Notes: a model not told the origin generated them from the sequence alone. A DNA stretch of 64,000 nucleotides from Methanomassiliicoccaceae archaeon (GCA_040776945.1 JAXGZN010000001.1:512001-576000); one strand, 5' to 3'; counted from the first letter of the stretch, positions 35,691 through 46,167 are shown. Made by a program: numbers and translations.

Positions 35691-36760
35691 GACACCACGA
35701 GATCTAGCTTGCCAACCTTGGCCGCGTCCTTGATCTCCTTTGCTATCCTTTGCCCGGTGCTCATCCCTGGCTCTATGAGGTCTGAGTACGGGGAGCCGGT
35801 TATGAACGGGTTGGTGCCCGCGACGATCCGACAAGAGATCTCGAAGACCTTGAAATCCAGCTTATCGGTGACGATCGACTCCAAGCAGAACGGCCCGATC
35901 AGGCCACCGAACAGCTCTATGCTGCGCCGGATTACGTTCTCGCCCATATCGAAGACCTTGGATAGCAGGCTCTCCCGGATGACGATGGGGATGTTGCCGG
36001 TGACCACCAGCGAGGGGAACATGCCATGCTTCTTCAGCTCCTCCGTGGAGCCTAGCTTGTACAGCTCATCGATGTTGCTTTCGTCCCGCCGGTCCATGGA
36101 CAATAGCTCCAGGGAACCGTCGCCCACACGGTAGCCGTGCTGGCGTATAGGGGAGTAGAAATAGTGCAGGTAGTACCTGGTGCCTAGTACGTACTCCTGA
36201 ATGGTGTAGGATTCCTGGCTCAGGTCAATGCCCATCTTGAACTCCATATAATCCTTGGCGATGAAGAAACCCCTTCCACCCTTGGCCCCATTGTACTTGA
36301 CTAGCACTGGCTCTTTGATGTCCTTGGCGTCGGCGATCCTCCTGGGCATCTGTATGCCCGCGGACTCCAACCAGGAGCGCTGGGTCTCCCTGTCCTCTTC
36401 CCATTTCAGCACTGCCCGATTGCCGAAGGTGGGCACTTCCATGCGCTCGAACCGCTCAGTGCCCATGTATTCAACGAACGAGCCGTGGGGGATTATTATC
36501 ACGTTCCTTTCCCTTAGTTCTTCGGCCCGGTCCACGAAGTCGTCATAGCTGTCGAAGCGAAGGAACTCGTCTGGTTTGGCAAGAGGGAACGCGTCGTAGA
36601 ACTTGGTCTTCTGGTTGACGGCAAGGCCTAGGGTCTTGAACCCTTCCTTCTTGGCCCCGTTGAACAATTGAAGAGAGGTATGCGAACAAAGGGTGGCTAT
36701 GGTGATGTCCTCCGGATCATAATCCTTGAGGAGCTCGGCTATCCTTTTCTTCGGGACCAT
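35687..36760 (-). CDS. purP: Formate--phosphoribosylaminoimidazolecarboxamide ligase
   Basis: ATLCSHTSLQ, IPHGSFVEY, GAKGGRG, GN.P.V.RESLL, FEISCRIVAGTN. Confidence 0.95.
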   Translation of the reverse strand: MVPKKRIAELLKDYDPEDITIATLCSHTSLQLFNGAKKEGFKTLGLAVNQKTKFYDAFPLAKPDEFLRFDSYDDFVDRAEELRERNVIIIPHGSFVEYMGTERFERMEVPTFGNRAVLKWEEDRETQRSWLESAGIQMPRRIADAKDIKEPVLVKYNGAKGGRGFFIAKDYMEFKMGIDLSQESYTIQEYVLGTRYYLHYFYSPIRQHGYRVGDGSLELLSMDRRDESNIDELYKLGSTEELKKHGMFPSLVVTGNIPIVIRESLLSKVFDMGENVIRRSIELFGGLIGPFCLESIVTDKLDFKVFEISCRIVAGTNPFITGSPYSDLIEPGMSTGQRIAKEIKDAAKVGKLDLVVS

Positions 36761-36859
36761 AACGACAGATTTTGAAAGGTCATAATAAACTTTTCCTATG
36801 ACCCATCCAGTGACCTCGAGGCCGCTACCGATCTTGACCTCTACGAGTCGAGGATCGTG

Positions 36860-37369
36860 CTATACCAGCTTGAAGCCCAGCCACAGGAAGACGATGTACA
36901 CTACGGCTGCGCGGGTGGTGCCAGCAAGGAAGTTAGTGAGGGCGAAGTACCTGATGTTCATCAATCCCTTCTGGTTGAACAGCGAGAACAAGTAGATCGG
37001 AACCGTGTCCACCATCAATGGGGTGCTGAGAATGACGTAAAGGCCGAAATATCTGGTCTTGAGCACGAACCACCGCATTGCGTTCATGAACGCGCGCAGC
37101 ACGATGTTCTTCGAGAAAAGCCTGTAAGCCCCTCCGCTGATCTTTCCCCCTAAAGCAAAGATCATCACCGAGCCCAATGCCTTCCCAGTGCCTAAGATAA
37201 GGGCCTTTATGATAATGGGCGTCTCAGCACTGAAGAAAAGACCTATCTCCACTGGTATGGGGAGTATTATCGTTGCCGCTATGGTATAGATGAAGAAGAC
37301 GATGCTATATATGATGGGGTCATGGGAAAGACCCTCGAGGAATGGCAGTAGCTCGTCTAGTAAGACCAC
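36860..37369 (-). CDS. DedA/VTT-like membrane protein
   Basis: ILPIPVE, GKALGS, TP..DT.P.Y, F...N.LAG..R. Start uncertain (GTG 37369 preferred). Confidence 0.7.
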   Translation of the reverse strand: MVLLDELLPFLEGLSHDPIIYSIVFFIYTIAATIILPIPVEIGLFFSAETPIIIKALILGTGKALGSVMIFALGGKISGGAYRLFSKNIVLRAFMNAMRWFVLKTRYFGLYVILSTPLMVDTVPIYLFSLFNQKGLMNIRYFALTNFLAGTTRAAVVYIVFLWLGFKLV

Positions 37370-37788
37370 GGGGGCGGATAGGGGCAGGTAGGACTTAACA
37401 TTACGGTATCCTGATCGCGCATCGGACCCCAATGTGCGCCTTCGTGGTTCCCTTTGGACCATTTGCTATCATATTGTCCGCGTTGATGGTGAACCGTCAA
37501 GCGGACCCATCATATGGTGACATTGACTGTCTTGGCCTAGGGAAATCGGATAGGGCACGTCGACATCTATGCTGGCTTTCAGGCAGATAATGAGGACGGC
37601 GATCGATCGGCGGCTTCGAGAACGTGAATATTGCTGCAGGGCCAACTAGAGGGAATGGCAGATCGTTCCCCTTGGTTCAAGGGGAGCCCATAGAAATCCC
37701 TTTGCCTCTGATTTCGTGTTGTCCAGACTTTTTTCCCAGTGGGCAATATATTTAAGTCAGTTTGCAGATTACGCTCGGAAGGGATAAT

Positions 37789-38403
37789 ATGGCGCCGAAG
37801 GCAAGCAGGGACAAGAACGACTGGATTAAGCAGTTGGATGCCGAACTGGAAAAGCAGACACAAGACATTAAGAAGGACGTTGCAGAGCTGCAGACCCAGA
37901 TGGGTGCCTTGAACAAGACGCTGATTTCTGACTTTGACTCGATCAAAGAACGTTTCGACAAGCAGAAGATCTTTCTGACCATGGAACCTCAAAGGAGCGT
38001 GTACGCTCAGCAGGACGATACTTTGGAAAATTGGGACTTCAAGAAAGATTTCCGTCCGGAAGAGGTCCGTAACATTCAGCTCATCGACCGTACCCAAGAA
38101 CAGGGCCGCATGGGCGACTCCCTCAAGGTATGGTACTACAACGATAACGGGACCGTTCGCCTACGCATGATCTTCGAGTACTGCGAAGGCGAGCATTACT
38201 ACAAGTATGCTGGCTGGAAACGCGTGTTCGGGCAGTTCGTGCTGTATGACGCTGCCCTTTCGGACGTTGAGATCGACGATGTCCATGATAAGATGGCGAT
38301 CGTGGTCAGGTCATGGTTCGAAAGCCACCTGCGGCATAACCGTGAAGTGCTGATCAATGCTCTGAAGGACAATTTCGAAAAAGGAGAGACCTTCACCGAG
38401 TGA
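37789..38403 (+). CDS. Hypothetical protein with N-terminal coiled coil
   Basis: TATATTTAAG promoter at about 37747-37756; globular composition; no family recognised. Confidence 0.8.
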   Translation: MAPKASRDKNDWIKQLDAELEKQTQDIKKDVAELQTQMGALNKTLISDFDSIKERFDKQKIFLTMEPQRSVYAQQDDTLENWDFKKDFRPEEVRNIQLIDRTQEQGRMGDSLKVWYYNDNGTVRLRMIFEYCEGEHYYKYAGWKRVFGQFVLYDAALSDVEIDDVHDKMAIVVRSWFESHLRHNREVLINALKDNFEKGETFTE

Positions 38404-38776
38404 GCGCCTGCCCCGGAAACCTCTTAATAACCTATTTAAATATCATTTTCACTGACATAGCAATGTGATTTTTCATTCTGGCCGCTCCGATGGGAGAGGC
38501 CGCTTTCGCTCACCTCTTAACAAGGCATTTAACTCGCCGGGGCCGATTTTCACCACAGGATGATCGAGGGCGGGCTCAGGGCCGTCAAATCCCAGGAAGG
38601 CATAAATGCTCGCTCCCAATCATAGGACAATGGTCAGAACTGCCCGCCCCTGAGCCTGTCCGATGCGGGCGATGTCCCATCGGAAGCGTTCGGCGGTTGA
38701 AGAGGATCTCCAGCTGAAAGGGAATGGCAGTTCGATAGGCACGGACATGGACTGGACCGACTTCATCAAGTGAGGT

Positions 38777-40129
38777 ATGGAAATGATGAACAAAGAAGAG
38801 ATCGCACCCCATGTAAAAGAGATCACCAGGGTGCTGGAAGGAAAGATAAGGGAGCAGGAAATCGAGAAGGACCTCGACAACTATCTGAACGTCTACAGGA
38901 TGTCCCTGGAAGCGTCAAAGCGGCATATCGTCCGCAAATACGGAGGAGACCCCAACGCTCTGACAAAGGGAGAGAGGAAGATGCTCTCTCAGCTAGGTCT
39001 CAGCGAGCAAAGCGTGGACCTTCTTGTGAGGGTCATGTCCTCCAATGTTCGTGAGGTGTCGGTCGGAGGTAACCCCAAGACCATACAATCCGGGATACTA
39101 GCGGACGAGAACGGGAACACCGTCAAGTTCACGGTGTGGGATGTCTCAAAGGCGGACCTTAAGGCAGGGGAGAACTATCTCATCAGGTATGCATATACGA
39201 AGGAATGGAGCGGACAGCCGGAGGTCCATCTAGGCAACCGCGTAGTGGTGGAGCTTCGTCCCCAGGACGAGGTCAGGGTCCCGGACGATGTGGTCGTCCC
39301 TCAGGCCTCGAGCGGTTATTCCGCCCCCATCGTGGCCAAGGTCTCCGACCTAAGGGAGAACATGAACAATGTTACCCTCACGGGGAGGATATTGAGCCTC
39401 AGGACGAAGGATGTAGAGACCCCCTCGGGCAAGAAATCGATGTACACAGGGATAATCGCTGACGAGACGGGCAAGGTCGAGTTCACGGCCTGGCACGATT
39501 TCGGACTTAAAGATAACGAGGTGATAACCGTTTCCAACGCCTACGTGAAGGGATGGAAGGGGATCCCTCGTCTGAGCTTCGGAGAGAGGGGACAGGTCAC
39601 CAGGCCTAAGATCAAGATGCCTGCAGCGGCCGAGCTGTCACAAGCCGCAAGGAAGAGCATTGATGAACTGGAGAGGGCGGGCGGGGCCTCGGACGTCATC
39701 GTCACCGGGACAATAGTGGATATAAAAAAGGGCACTGGGCTGATCTTCCGATGTCCAGAGTGCAACCGGGTAGTGCAGAAGGGGGTCTGCCAGGTGCATG
39801 GCAAGGTACAGCAGGTCCCTGATCTTCGCATCAAAGTGGTGGTCGATGACGGCTCCGCCGCCATCACCGCAGTGATGAAGAAGGACGTGACCGAGCAGCT
39901 CACTGGGATAACTCTCAAGGCCGCCCTTGAAGAGGCCCGGGAGACAATGGACGCCGAGGCGGTGGCCAATCGTTTCGAGGAGATCCTGCTGGCCAAGCCC
40001 ATCGAGATCCGAGGCAACGTGATCTCAGATGACTATGGACTGTCCATGAACGTCAATGAGGCAAGGTTCATAGAACTGGACGTGAGGGCAGAGGCTGAGG
40101 TGCTTCTTAAGAGGATCGAGGTGATCTGA
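38777..40129 (+). CDS. rpa: Replication protein A large subunit (OB folds plus Zn finger)
   Basis: Repeated OB folds (ADENG..KFTVW, ADETG.V.FTAW), CPEC...C.VH Zn finger, DLRIK.V.DDG. Confidence 0.92.
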   Translation: MEMMNKEEIAPHVKEITRVLEGKIREQEIEKDLDNYLNVYRMSLEASKRHIVRKYGGDPNALTKGERKMLSQLGLSEQSVDLLVRVMSSNVREVSVGGNPKTIQSGILADENGNTVKFTVWDVSKADLKAGENYLIRYAYTKEWSGQPEVHLGNRVVVELRPQDEVRVPDDVVVPQASSGYSAPIVAKVSDLRENMNNVTLTGRILSLRTKDVETPSGKKSMYTGIIADETGKVEFTAWHDFGLKDNEVITVSNAYVKGWKGIPRLSFGERGQVTRPKIKMPAAAELSQAARKSIDELERAGGASDVIVTGTIVDIKKGTGLIFRCPECNRVVQKGVCQVHGKVQQVPDLRIKVVVDDGSAAITAVMKKDVTEQLTGITLKAALEEARETMDAEAVANRFEEILLAKPIEIRGNVISDDYGLSMNVNEARFIELDVRAEAEVLLKRIEVI

Positions 40130-41016
40130 TGAAGACCCGAGAGGTCGCCTGGAGGGTGTTCGCTTACGAGTATAATGCCTCTACTTTGGAGATCAAGGGA
40201 GAAGGAGAGAAGGCCCCCTCGTACGTAGTAACGCCCTTGGGCGCAATGATCAATCGGCTGTTCATCGTCGGCCTGCTTACTGATCTGCAGAACCTGGGCA
40301 CCGAGGCTGAGCCTTACTGGCGTGCCTTGCTCTCCGACGGTATGAACAAGTTCTATCTCTATGCTGGAAAGTACAATCCAGAGGCTACGGTGGTACTGTC
40401 CAAGCTGGAGCCGCCCGCGTATGTTGCGGTGGTCGGCAAGACCCGGACCTATTCTCCGGAAGAGGGCAGGATAATCGTATCGGTACGTCCAGAGAAGATC
40501 ATTCGTGTGGATGAGAGCATCAAGGACAATTGGGTGCTGGAGGCAGTTAGGTCTACCCTCAAGCGCATCGACTGTATGGAGGAGGCCATGCAGATGGAAT
40601 CCCCACAAGTGGATGATCTGGTCCGCCTAGGCTACTCGCAAGCACTCGCCGAGGGCGTGGTGAGGGCCTTGCCTCATTATAAGGAGACTGACCTCAACCG
40701 CTACCGGGGCTTGGCACTGGAGGCCCTTGAGCAGTTGCTTCCGGAGGGCACAGGTGAGCTGCCGATGTTACATGACGTTCCATCGTTCGGGCCAGAGGAG
40801 ATAGAGGACGAGACCGACGAAGAGGACAAAGAAGAGATTGTGCTCAAGCTCATCGAAAGACTGGACACCAATAAGAAGGGGGCCCCTCTGGCCGATCTCC
40901 TCCGAGAGGCCGTGAAGTCGGGCATAGGGGAGGCGGAACTTGAAGAGATCAACAACTCCCTCCTGGACAAAGGCTTGATCTATGAGCCTACAATAGGAAG
41001 GATGAAGCGCATTTGA
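40129..41016 (+). CDS. RPA-associated protein / RPA2-like (OB fold plus C-terminal winged helix)
   Basis: REVAWRVFA.E, APSYVVTPLG..INR.F.VG, SVRPE, LL.KG.IYEPT.G. Confidence 0.9.
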   Translation: MKTREVAWRVFAYEYNASTLEIKGEGEKAPSYVVTPLGAMINRLFIVGLLTDLQNLGTEAEPYWRALLSDGMNKFYLYAGKYNPEATVVLSKLEPPAYVAVVGKTRTYSPEEGRIIVSVRPEKIIRVDESIKDNWVLEAVRSTLKRIDCMEEAMQMESPQVDDLVRLGYSQALAEGVVRALPHYKETDLNRYRGLALEALEQLLPEGTGELPMLHDVPSFGPEEIEDETDEEDKEEIVLKLIERLDTNKKGAPLADLLREAVKSGIGEAELEEINNSLLDKGLIYEPTIGRMKRI

Positions 41017-41038
41017 GCGCTCCTCTTCCATTTTTTTC

Positions 41039-41911
41039 TTACATTTTTTGGAGCCCCGACATTAGGTTGTCCTCGAACATCCACTCGTTATCAAAGTGAT
41101 CGTTTAGGTCTTTGATGAGCACATAGAACCACCAGATGGCGAACGCTGGAAGTAGGACAGATATGATAAGATAGAGCACGTAGCTACGTTCGCTGATGCT
41201 CTTCCAGGTCCCGGAGAGCAGCGGCCCCATGCTGATCTGCTCGGAAGCATAGTGAGCGTTCTGAGCGAAGCCGTAGAAGCGGCGATCGTGTCCCGGGGCA
41301 TAGTCGGTCAGCCAGAACAACGTGAGGATGATTGCGATGATATTGATTCCGGGTATGAGGCATAGGATGGTCCACAATAGGGCGCTCTGAGGTTCCTCGT
41401 ACATCAATGAACCTCGGTCGAAGGCCTGCATCGCCTGAACGTAAGGGCCGACGCGCTGCCCGGTCCCCATCTCTTCTCCCCGGAACCTGAAGAAATCCAT
41501 CAGCTCGCGGCGGAGCTGGGCCTCGCGGGCCATATGCTCATTGCGCCGCTTCAGCAACCGGAAGATAAGGAACGCCAGGAGGAACACTCCGACTATGGTC
41601 CCGACCATGGCGACCGCAAGGCCCAGAAGCACATCGTACATGAAGGCGACGATGCCCAGTACATAGCTGGTGATCACCACCACAACAGGGAGAAGGATCC
41701 AGTAGTCAGGGATCTTGATGTCGGTTCGGTGCCTTCGCCCCATAGTGGCCATGAGCGCTTCCTTGGCCCTGGCGGAGGAGCCCCATCCATGGAAGGGGGA
41801 GGTCGGGGGAGGTACCATGGCTCCTAGAAGCGTCGCGCCGCAAGCAGCGCAACCCCCTGAACCTGGCTGGACCGCCGAACCGCACTGAGGGCACTGAACC
41901 GTTCCGTTCAT
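41039..41911 (-). CDS. Zinc-ribbon membrane protein (DUF4234-like repeats)
   Basis: CPQCG...CAACG N-terminus and three TM-hairpin repeats ending NEH, PGH and NDH. Confidence 0.7.
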   Translation of the reverse strand: MNGTVQCPQCGSAVQPGSGGCAACGATLLGAMVPPPTSPFHGWGSSARAKEALMATMGRRHRTDIKIPDYWILLPVVVVITSYVLGIVAFMYDVLLGLAVAMVGTIVGVFLLAFLIFRLLKRRNEHMAREAQLRRELMDFFRFRGEEMGTGQRVGPYVQAMQAFDRGSLMYEEPQSALLWTILCLIPGINIIAIILTLFWLTDYAPGHDRRFYGFAQNAHYASEQISMGPLLSGTWKSISERSYVLYLIISVLLPAFAIWWFYVLIKDLNDHFDNEWMFEDNLMSGLQKM

Positions 41912-42025
41912 CGCTTATACTCCTCCTTTTCCCTTGCTGCGTCCAAGAAGGCATGATTTGCTCTTTAATATGCTGTCGGCGGTACGTTTTCCCGGCCCTG
42001 ATGCGAGAGGGGTCCTAGATGCATC

Positions 42026-42841
42026 TCAGCGCACCACCTTGATCGCCGCGTAACCGACCACGTCCTCCATGGGAGATACGTCACCAGAGTTGCCATACTT
42101 TAACAGCTCGGCCCTGCTCCCACCAGAGGCTAGCAGCATGGCCATGACCGGACCGTAGCCGCACATGGATATGTTCTTTCGTATGACAGTGTCGTATACT
42201 CCCTCGGCGTCCAGGGCGAGGATGCGGTCGATGACCGAACGGTCCTGCTTAGCCGCCTCCTGGGCCGGAACGTAATGGGAGAAGTCGGTGGAGGCTATAA
42301 TCACGACATCTCGGCCCCGGCATGCCTTCTTTATCTCTTCGGCCACTTCCACCGCGGTCTCATGGTCCTGAGCGGCCATCGCTATCGGCACGAAGGTTAT
42401 GTCCTCCTTGAAATATTGGATGAACGGCAGCTGTACCTCGATGGAGTGTTCGTAGCGGTGAGCCATGGGATCATCGACTATGAGCCTCCCCATACCCTTG
42501 ATTATCTCCTTGTCCACCCTTACCTCCCCAAGCGGTGTGTCGAAGTCCTCAGTGGTCATCGACACCGGGGAACCCAGGCCGCTGTGGTTTGGCCCTATGA
42601 CAATGAAGGTCTCGGGGAATCCGTCGTTGGCAAGGGCGGCATATGCGTATGCGGCCACCGGACCAGAGTACACATATCCGGCGTGAGGGACCACCAGGCC
42701 GACGATCTTTCTAGGGCCGGCGGTGTTGAGCCGGGGCCGGCGGCCAAGGTAGGTATCATAGAGGCGGTCGATCTCTCCTCTGACCTGTCTCTCGGTGCGG
42801 GGATAGAACTTGCCTGCGACAGCGGGTTGCCTCAAGGCCAT
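42026..42841 (-). CDS. MEMO1 family protein (AmmeMemoRadiSam protein B)
   Basis: R.PAVAG.FYP, PHAGY.YSG, EHSIEVQLPF, STDFSHY, MCGYGP. Confidence 0.93.
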   Translation of the reverse strand: MALRQPAVAGKFYPRTERQVRGEIDRLYDTYLGRRPRLNTAGPRKIVGLVVPHAGYVYSGPVAAYAYAALANDGFPETFIVIGPNHSGLGSPVSMTTEDFDTPLGEVRVDKEIIKGMGRLIVDDPMAHRYEHSIEVQLPFIQYFKEDITFVPIAMAAQDHETAVEVAEEIKKACRGRDVVIIASTDFSHYVPAQEAAKQDRSVIDRILALDAEGVYDTVIRKNISMCGYGPVMAMLLASGGSRAELLKYGNSGDVSPMEDVVGYAAIKVVR

Positions 42842-42950
42842 CGTTTGAAAGAGTGTGTCAGCGGTTATATCAAATTACCGCGCTTGGACCCGAGGACCGG
42901 TGGAAGAAGAAAGAGATCTGCGTCCGCTCGGCAAGAACGGACAAAGGGTT

Positions 42951-43562
42951 TCAGAGGGAGGCCTCGAAGTCGTCCATGGTGAGCTTGAACTCATCATATG
43001 ACCTTATCAGGCCCTTCTCCTTCAGGACCTCTCTTGTCAGGAGCCAATATACGCAGGCCAGGGCCCGGCGGCCCTTGTTGTTGGTGGGGATCACAAGGTC
43101 CACGTTCCTGGTCTCGTTGTTGGCATCGCACAGGGCGACGATGGGGATCCCGACGTTCATGGCCTCGGCGACGGCTTGCTGGTCCGCCGCGGGGTCGGTG
43201 ACGATGAGCACCTCAGGTTCGATGTACTCAGGGAGCTTGGGGTTGGTCAAGGTCCCGGGAACGAAACGCCCGGCGAAGACCTTTGTCCCGATGGTCTTCG
43301 CAAAGACCTTGGCCGGTTTCTGACCGTACTGCCTGGCTGAGGATATTAGTATCCGGTCTGGCTGAATCCGGGCCAAGAACTTGGCCACCGCCCTGATCCG
43401 GGCATCGGTCTGCTTGACATCCATTACGTAAAGCCCGTCCGACCTGACCTTGAAGATGAACTTCTTCATGTCGGCGCTCTTTTGCTGGGTACCTATGTGG
43501 ACGCCCGAAGTCAGGTAAACATCTTCAGGCACCAGGAGCTCGGTCTTGACCTCTTCGCTCAT
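42951..43562 (-). CDS. rps2: 30S ribosomal protein S2 (uS2)
   Basis: [32 protein letters not shown]. Confidence 0.97.
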   Translation of the reverse strand: MSEEVKTELLVPEDVYLTSGVHIGTQQKSADMKKFIFKVRSDGLYVMDVKQTDARIRAVAKFLARIQPDRILISSARQYGQKPAKVFAKTIGTKVFAGRFVPGTLTNPKLPEYIEPEVLIVTDPAADQQAVAEAMNVGIPIVALCDANNETRNVDLVIPTNNKGRRALACVYWLLTREVLKEKGLIRSYDEFKLTMDDFEASL

Positions 43563-43572
43563 CTTAAAAACC

Positions 43573-43746
43573 TCATATGTCTCTTTTTACGGTGATAGGG
43601 AGAACACCCCTATCATACTCGAGCCTGGCAATCTCCACCGGGTCGATCATTCCCTCGGGTATGTCGATAAGGACGGGCGCGCCCAACGATACCTGCAAAG
43701 ACCGGGCACCTATGATACGCGCCTTCTCAAATCTAGTGTATTTCAT
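43573..43746 (-). CDS. rpoK: DNA-directed RNA polymerase subunit K (Rpo6)
   Basis: Not in ORF track. [57 protein letters not shown]. Confidence 0.96.
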   Translation of the reverse strand: MKYTRFEKARIIGARSLQVSLGAPVLIDIPEGMIDPVEIARLEYDRGVLPITVKRDI

Positions 43747-44414
43747 ATAAGCACCACGCGGGAGTGGCCTGATATTAACAGTCCGCTTATAAAGCTTTTG
43801 TAAGGGGTCTGATCGACGTCCAGTTTGTTGATTGCCATCTTCTCATACCATCTTTTTATGCATCACCTATGCCGATTTTCTAGGGTGTGACCAATGGTTT
43901 TGGTGAATAGCCGATTACAGAAGGTCATCTTAAACGCTTGTATCGGCATGGTGGCGAAAACTACTAGTTCTGACCGCCTGCCCCGCCGAAGCCTTGCCCG
44001 CCATCCGCAGGCACCAGATGACAATAGGCTAGAGCGCGTGCTCCCCGATCGCATCATAGCATCATCTTAACGCAAAGGAAATCGGGAGCACAGGAGGATG
44101 CGGAGAACGATAAGGACGGTCACGGCGAAGGTCGGACAGCAGGGAGCTATGGCGAAAGGGACCTTATCGCCCTTCTCGGCCTTCTGCGCTCTCGCTCATG
44201 ATCGCCCTCTCTATCTCACGATCGCCGGGTCGGGGACATTGCTCCCCATCATGGGCACCGCTGCGCCCCTGGTCTTCGACCTCTCCCTACTTTCGATGGC
44301 AGCTTCGCCCGGGCTCGGGGGCCCGCCTTATGCTGGAGCAACAGTGAGGGAATGCCGGGTCGGCATCCGCGCCCTTGCTGATGACATGGGCGGCATGAAC
44401 ATCTGGCCTGCCTA

Positions 44415-44912
44415 TCAAGGGCCGTTCTCCATCCTCTTCCTCAAGTGGGCGACCAAACCCCCGTCCTCAAGTATCTTGAGCAGGAACGCCGGCGGCGGAT
44501 TGAACCTTGCGGATTCGCCTGTGCGGGCGTTGCGCAACATCCCTGCCTCAAGGTCGATCTCAGCGGTGTCTCCCTTCTCGAACATCCGGCCCGCTTCCGG
44601 ACATATCACGACCGGCAGTCCGACGTTCATTGAGTTACGGTAGAATATCCGCGATGCGCTGCCCGCGATTATCGCTGCCACGCCTGCCGCCTTCAATGCC
44701 AGGGGGGCCTGTTCCCTTGAGGAGCCGCATCCAAAGTTGCGGCCGGCCACCATTATATCGCCGGGTCGGACCTCTTTGGCGAACTGGACGTCCACGTCCT
44801 CCATGGCATGGGCGGCGAGATGCCTGAGATCGTAGTTATCGAGATACCGTCCTGGAATTATCAGGTCGGTGTTTATATGGTCCCCGTATCTCCATACTCT
44901 GCCGGAGATCAT
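44415..44912 (-). CDS. 3-isopropylmalate dehydratase/homoaconitase small subunit (LeuD/HacB)
   Basis: [30 protein letters not shown]. Confidence 0.93.
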   Translation of the reverse strand: MISGRVWRYGDHINTDLIIPGRYLDNYDLRHLAAHAMEDVDVQFAKEVRPGDIMVAGRNFGCGSSREQAPLALKAAGVAAIIAGSASRIFYRNSMNVGLPVVICPEAGRMFEKGDTAEIDLEAGMLRNARTGESARFNPPPAFLLKILEDGGLVAHLRKRMENGP

Positions 44913-44913
44913 T

Positions 44914-46167
44914 TCAGAGCCTCCTTGGATCGGCTATGGCGCCCTTGAGCGCGCTGGCGGCCACTGTCTCCGGTGACGCGAGGTACACTTCGGAATCCGG
45001 TGATCCCATGCGTCCCCGGAAGTTGCGGTTGGTGGTGGAGATGCATCGCTCTCCTGCCGCCAGAATGCCTTGGTGCCCGCCCAGGCAGGGGCCGCATCCA
45101 GGGTTCACTATGACCGCTCCGGACCTTGCAAGTGATGACAGCAGGCCCTTCTCCGCCGCCTCTATATATATCTCCCTCGACGCGGGCACCACGATGAACC
45201 GCACATCCTCTGATATCTTGTTACCGCGCAGGACGGCCTCCGCTGCGGCCAGGTCCTCAAGGCGCCCGTTGGTGCAGGACCCCAGTACCGCCTGGTCGAT
45301 CCTCGTTCCCTCGACCTTGCCCACGGGAACGACGTTGTCCACGGTGTGCGGGCACGCCACCTGCGGCTCCAGTTCCTCGACGTCCATCTCCAGCTCCTCA
45401 TCGGCCTTCCCCGTCTGGCATGATGTGTCCATCTCCACCTTGCGGGTGGTCCTCGTAGACAGCCAGTCCTGGGTCTTGCGATCGGGGTAGCATATGCCGG
45501 CCTTAGCTCCCATCTCGATGCTCATGTTGCTCAGTACCATCCGTGAGGCTATGCTCATCCGAGACACTGTGTCGCCGACGAACTCCACGCACTTGTAGTC
45601 TGCCCCGTCGGAGCCTAGAGAACCGATGATATGCAATATGACATCCTTTGACCACACATGTGCCGGCAACTTGCCTCGCAGGTGGATCCGCATCGTCTCC
45701 GGCACCTTGAGCCATATCTCGCCAGTGGCCCATACTGCGGCCATCTCCGTGGCGCCGATCCCGGTGGCGAAGGCGCCTAATGCCCCATAGGTCGTAGTGT
45801 GCGAATCGGTCCCAACGATCAGCATCTCTGGTAGGACATGTCCCTTCTCCGGGAGCACCTGATGGCAGATGCCCTCTCCCAGATCATAGAAGTTGGGCAG
45901 GGCCTCGGAGCGGGCGAAGGTGCGGACCTCCTTGTGCCCCTCGGCCGTTTTTATGGTGTTGGCAGGGATGCGGTGATCGAACAGCATGACCACCTTTCGT
46001 GGGTCCCATATCCGTCTGGCCCCGATCTCGCGGAACGAGCGCAGGACCAGGGAGGAGTTCTCATGGGACATTGCCAGGTCCACCTTGGCGTTCACGATGT
46101 CTCCGGTACGGACCGTCCCACCGCTGGCGCGTGAAAGAACCTTCTGCGCAAAGGTCATGGAGGTCAT
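44914..46167 (-). CDS. 3-isopropylmalate dehydratase/homoaconitase large subunit (LeuC/HacA)
   Basis: GICHQ, DSHTTT.GA, GSCTNGR, CGPCLG, NRNF.GRMG. Start ATG 46167 or 46158. Confidence 0.93.
   Translation of the reverse strand: MTSMTFAQKVLSRASGGTVRTGDIVNAKVDLAMSHENSSLVLRSFREIGARRIWDPRKVVMLFDHRIPANTIKTAEGHKEVRTFARSEALPNFYDLGEGICHQVLPEKGHVLPEMLIVGTDSHTTTYGALGAFATGIGATEMAAVWATGEIWLKVPETMRIHLRGKLPAHVWSKDVILHIIGSLGSDGADYKCVEFVGDTVSRMSIASRMVLSNMSIEMGAKAGICYPDRKTQDWLSTRTTRKVEMDTSCQTGKADEELEMDVEELEPQVACPHTVDNVVPVGKVEGTRIDQAVLGSCTNGRLEDLAAAEAVLRGNKISEDVRFIVVPASREIYIEAAEKGLLSSLARSGAVIVNPGCGPCLGGHQGILAAGERCISTTNRNFRGRMGSPDSEVYLASPETVAASALKGAIADPRRL

Noticed and set aside
42026-43746. MEMO1 next to rps2 and rpoK as a novel system
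   Set aside because: Well-known conserved archaeal gene order.
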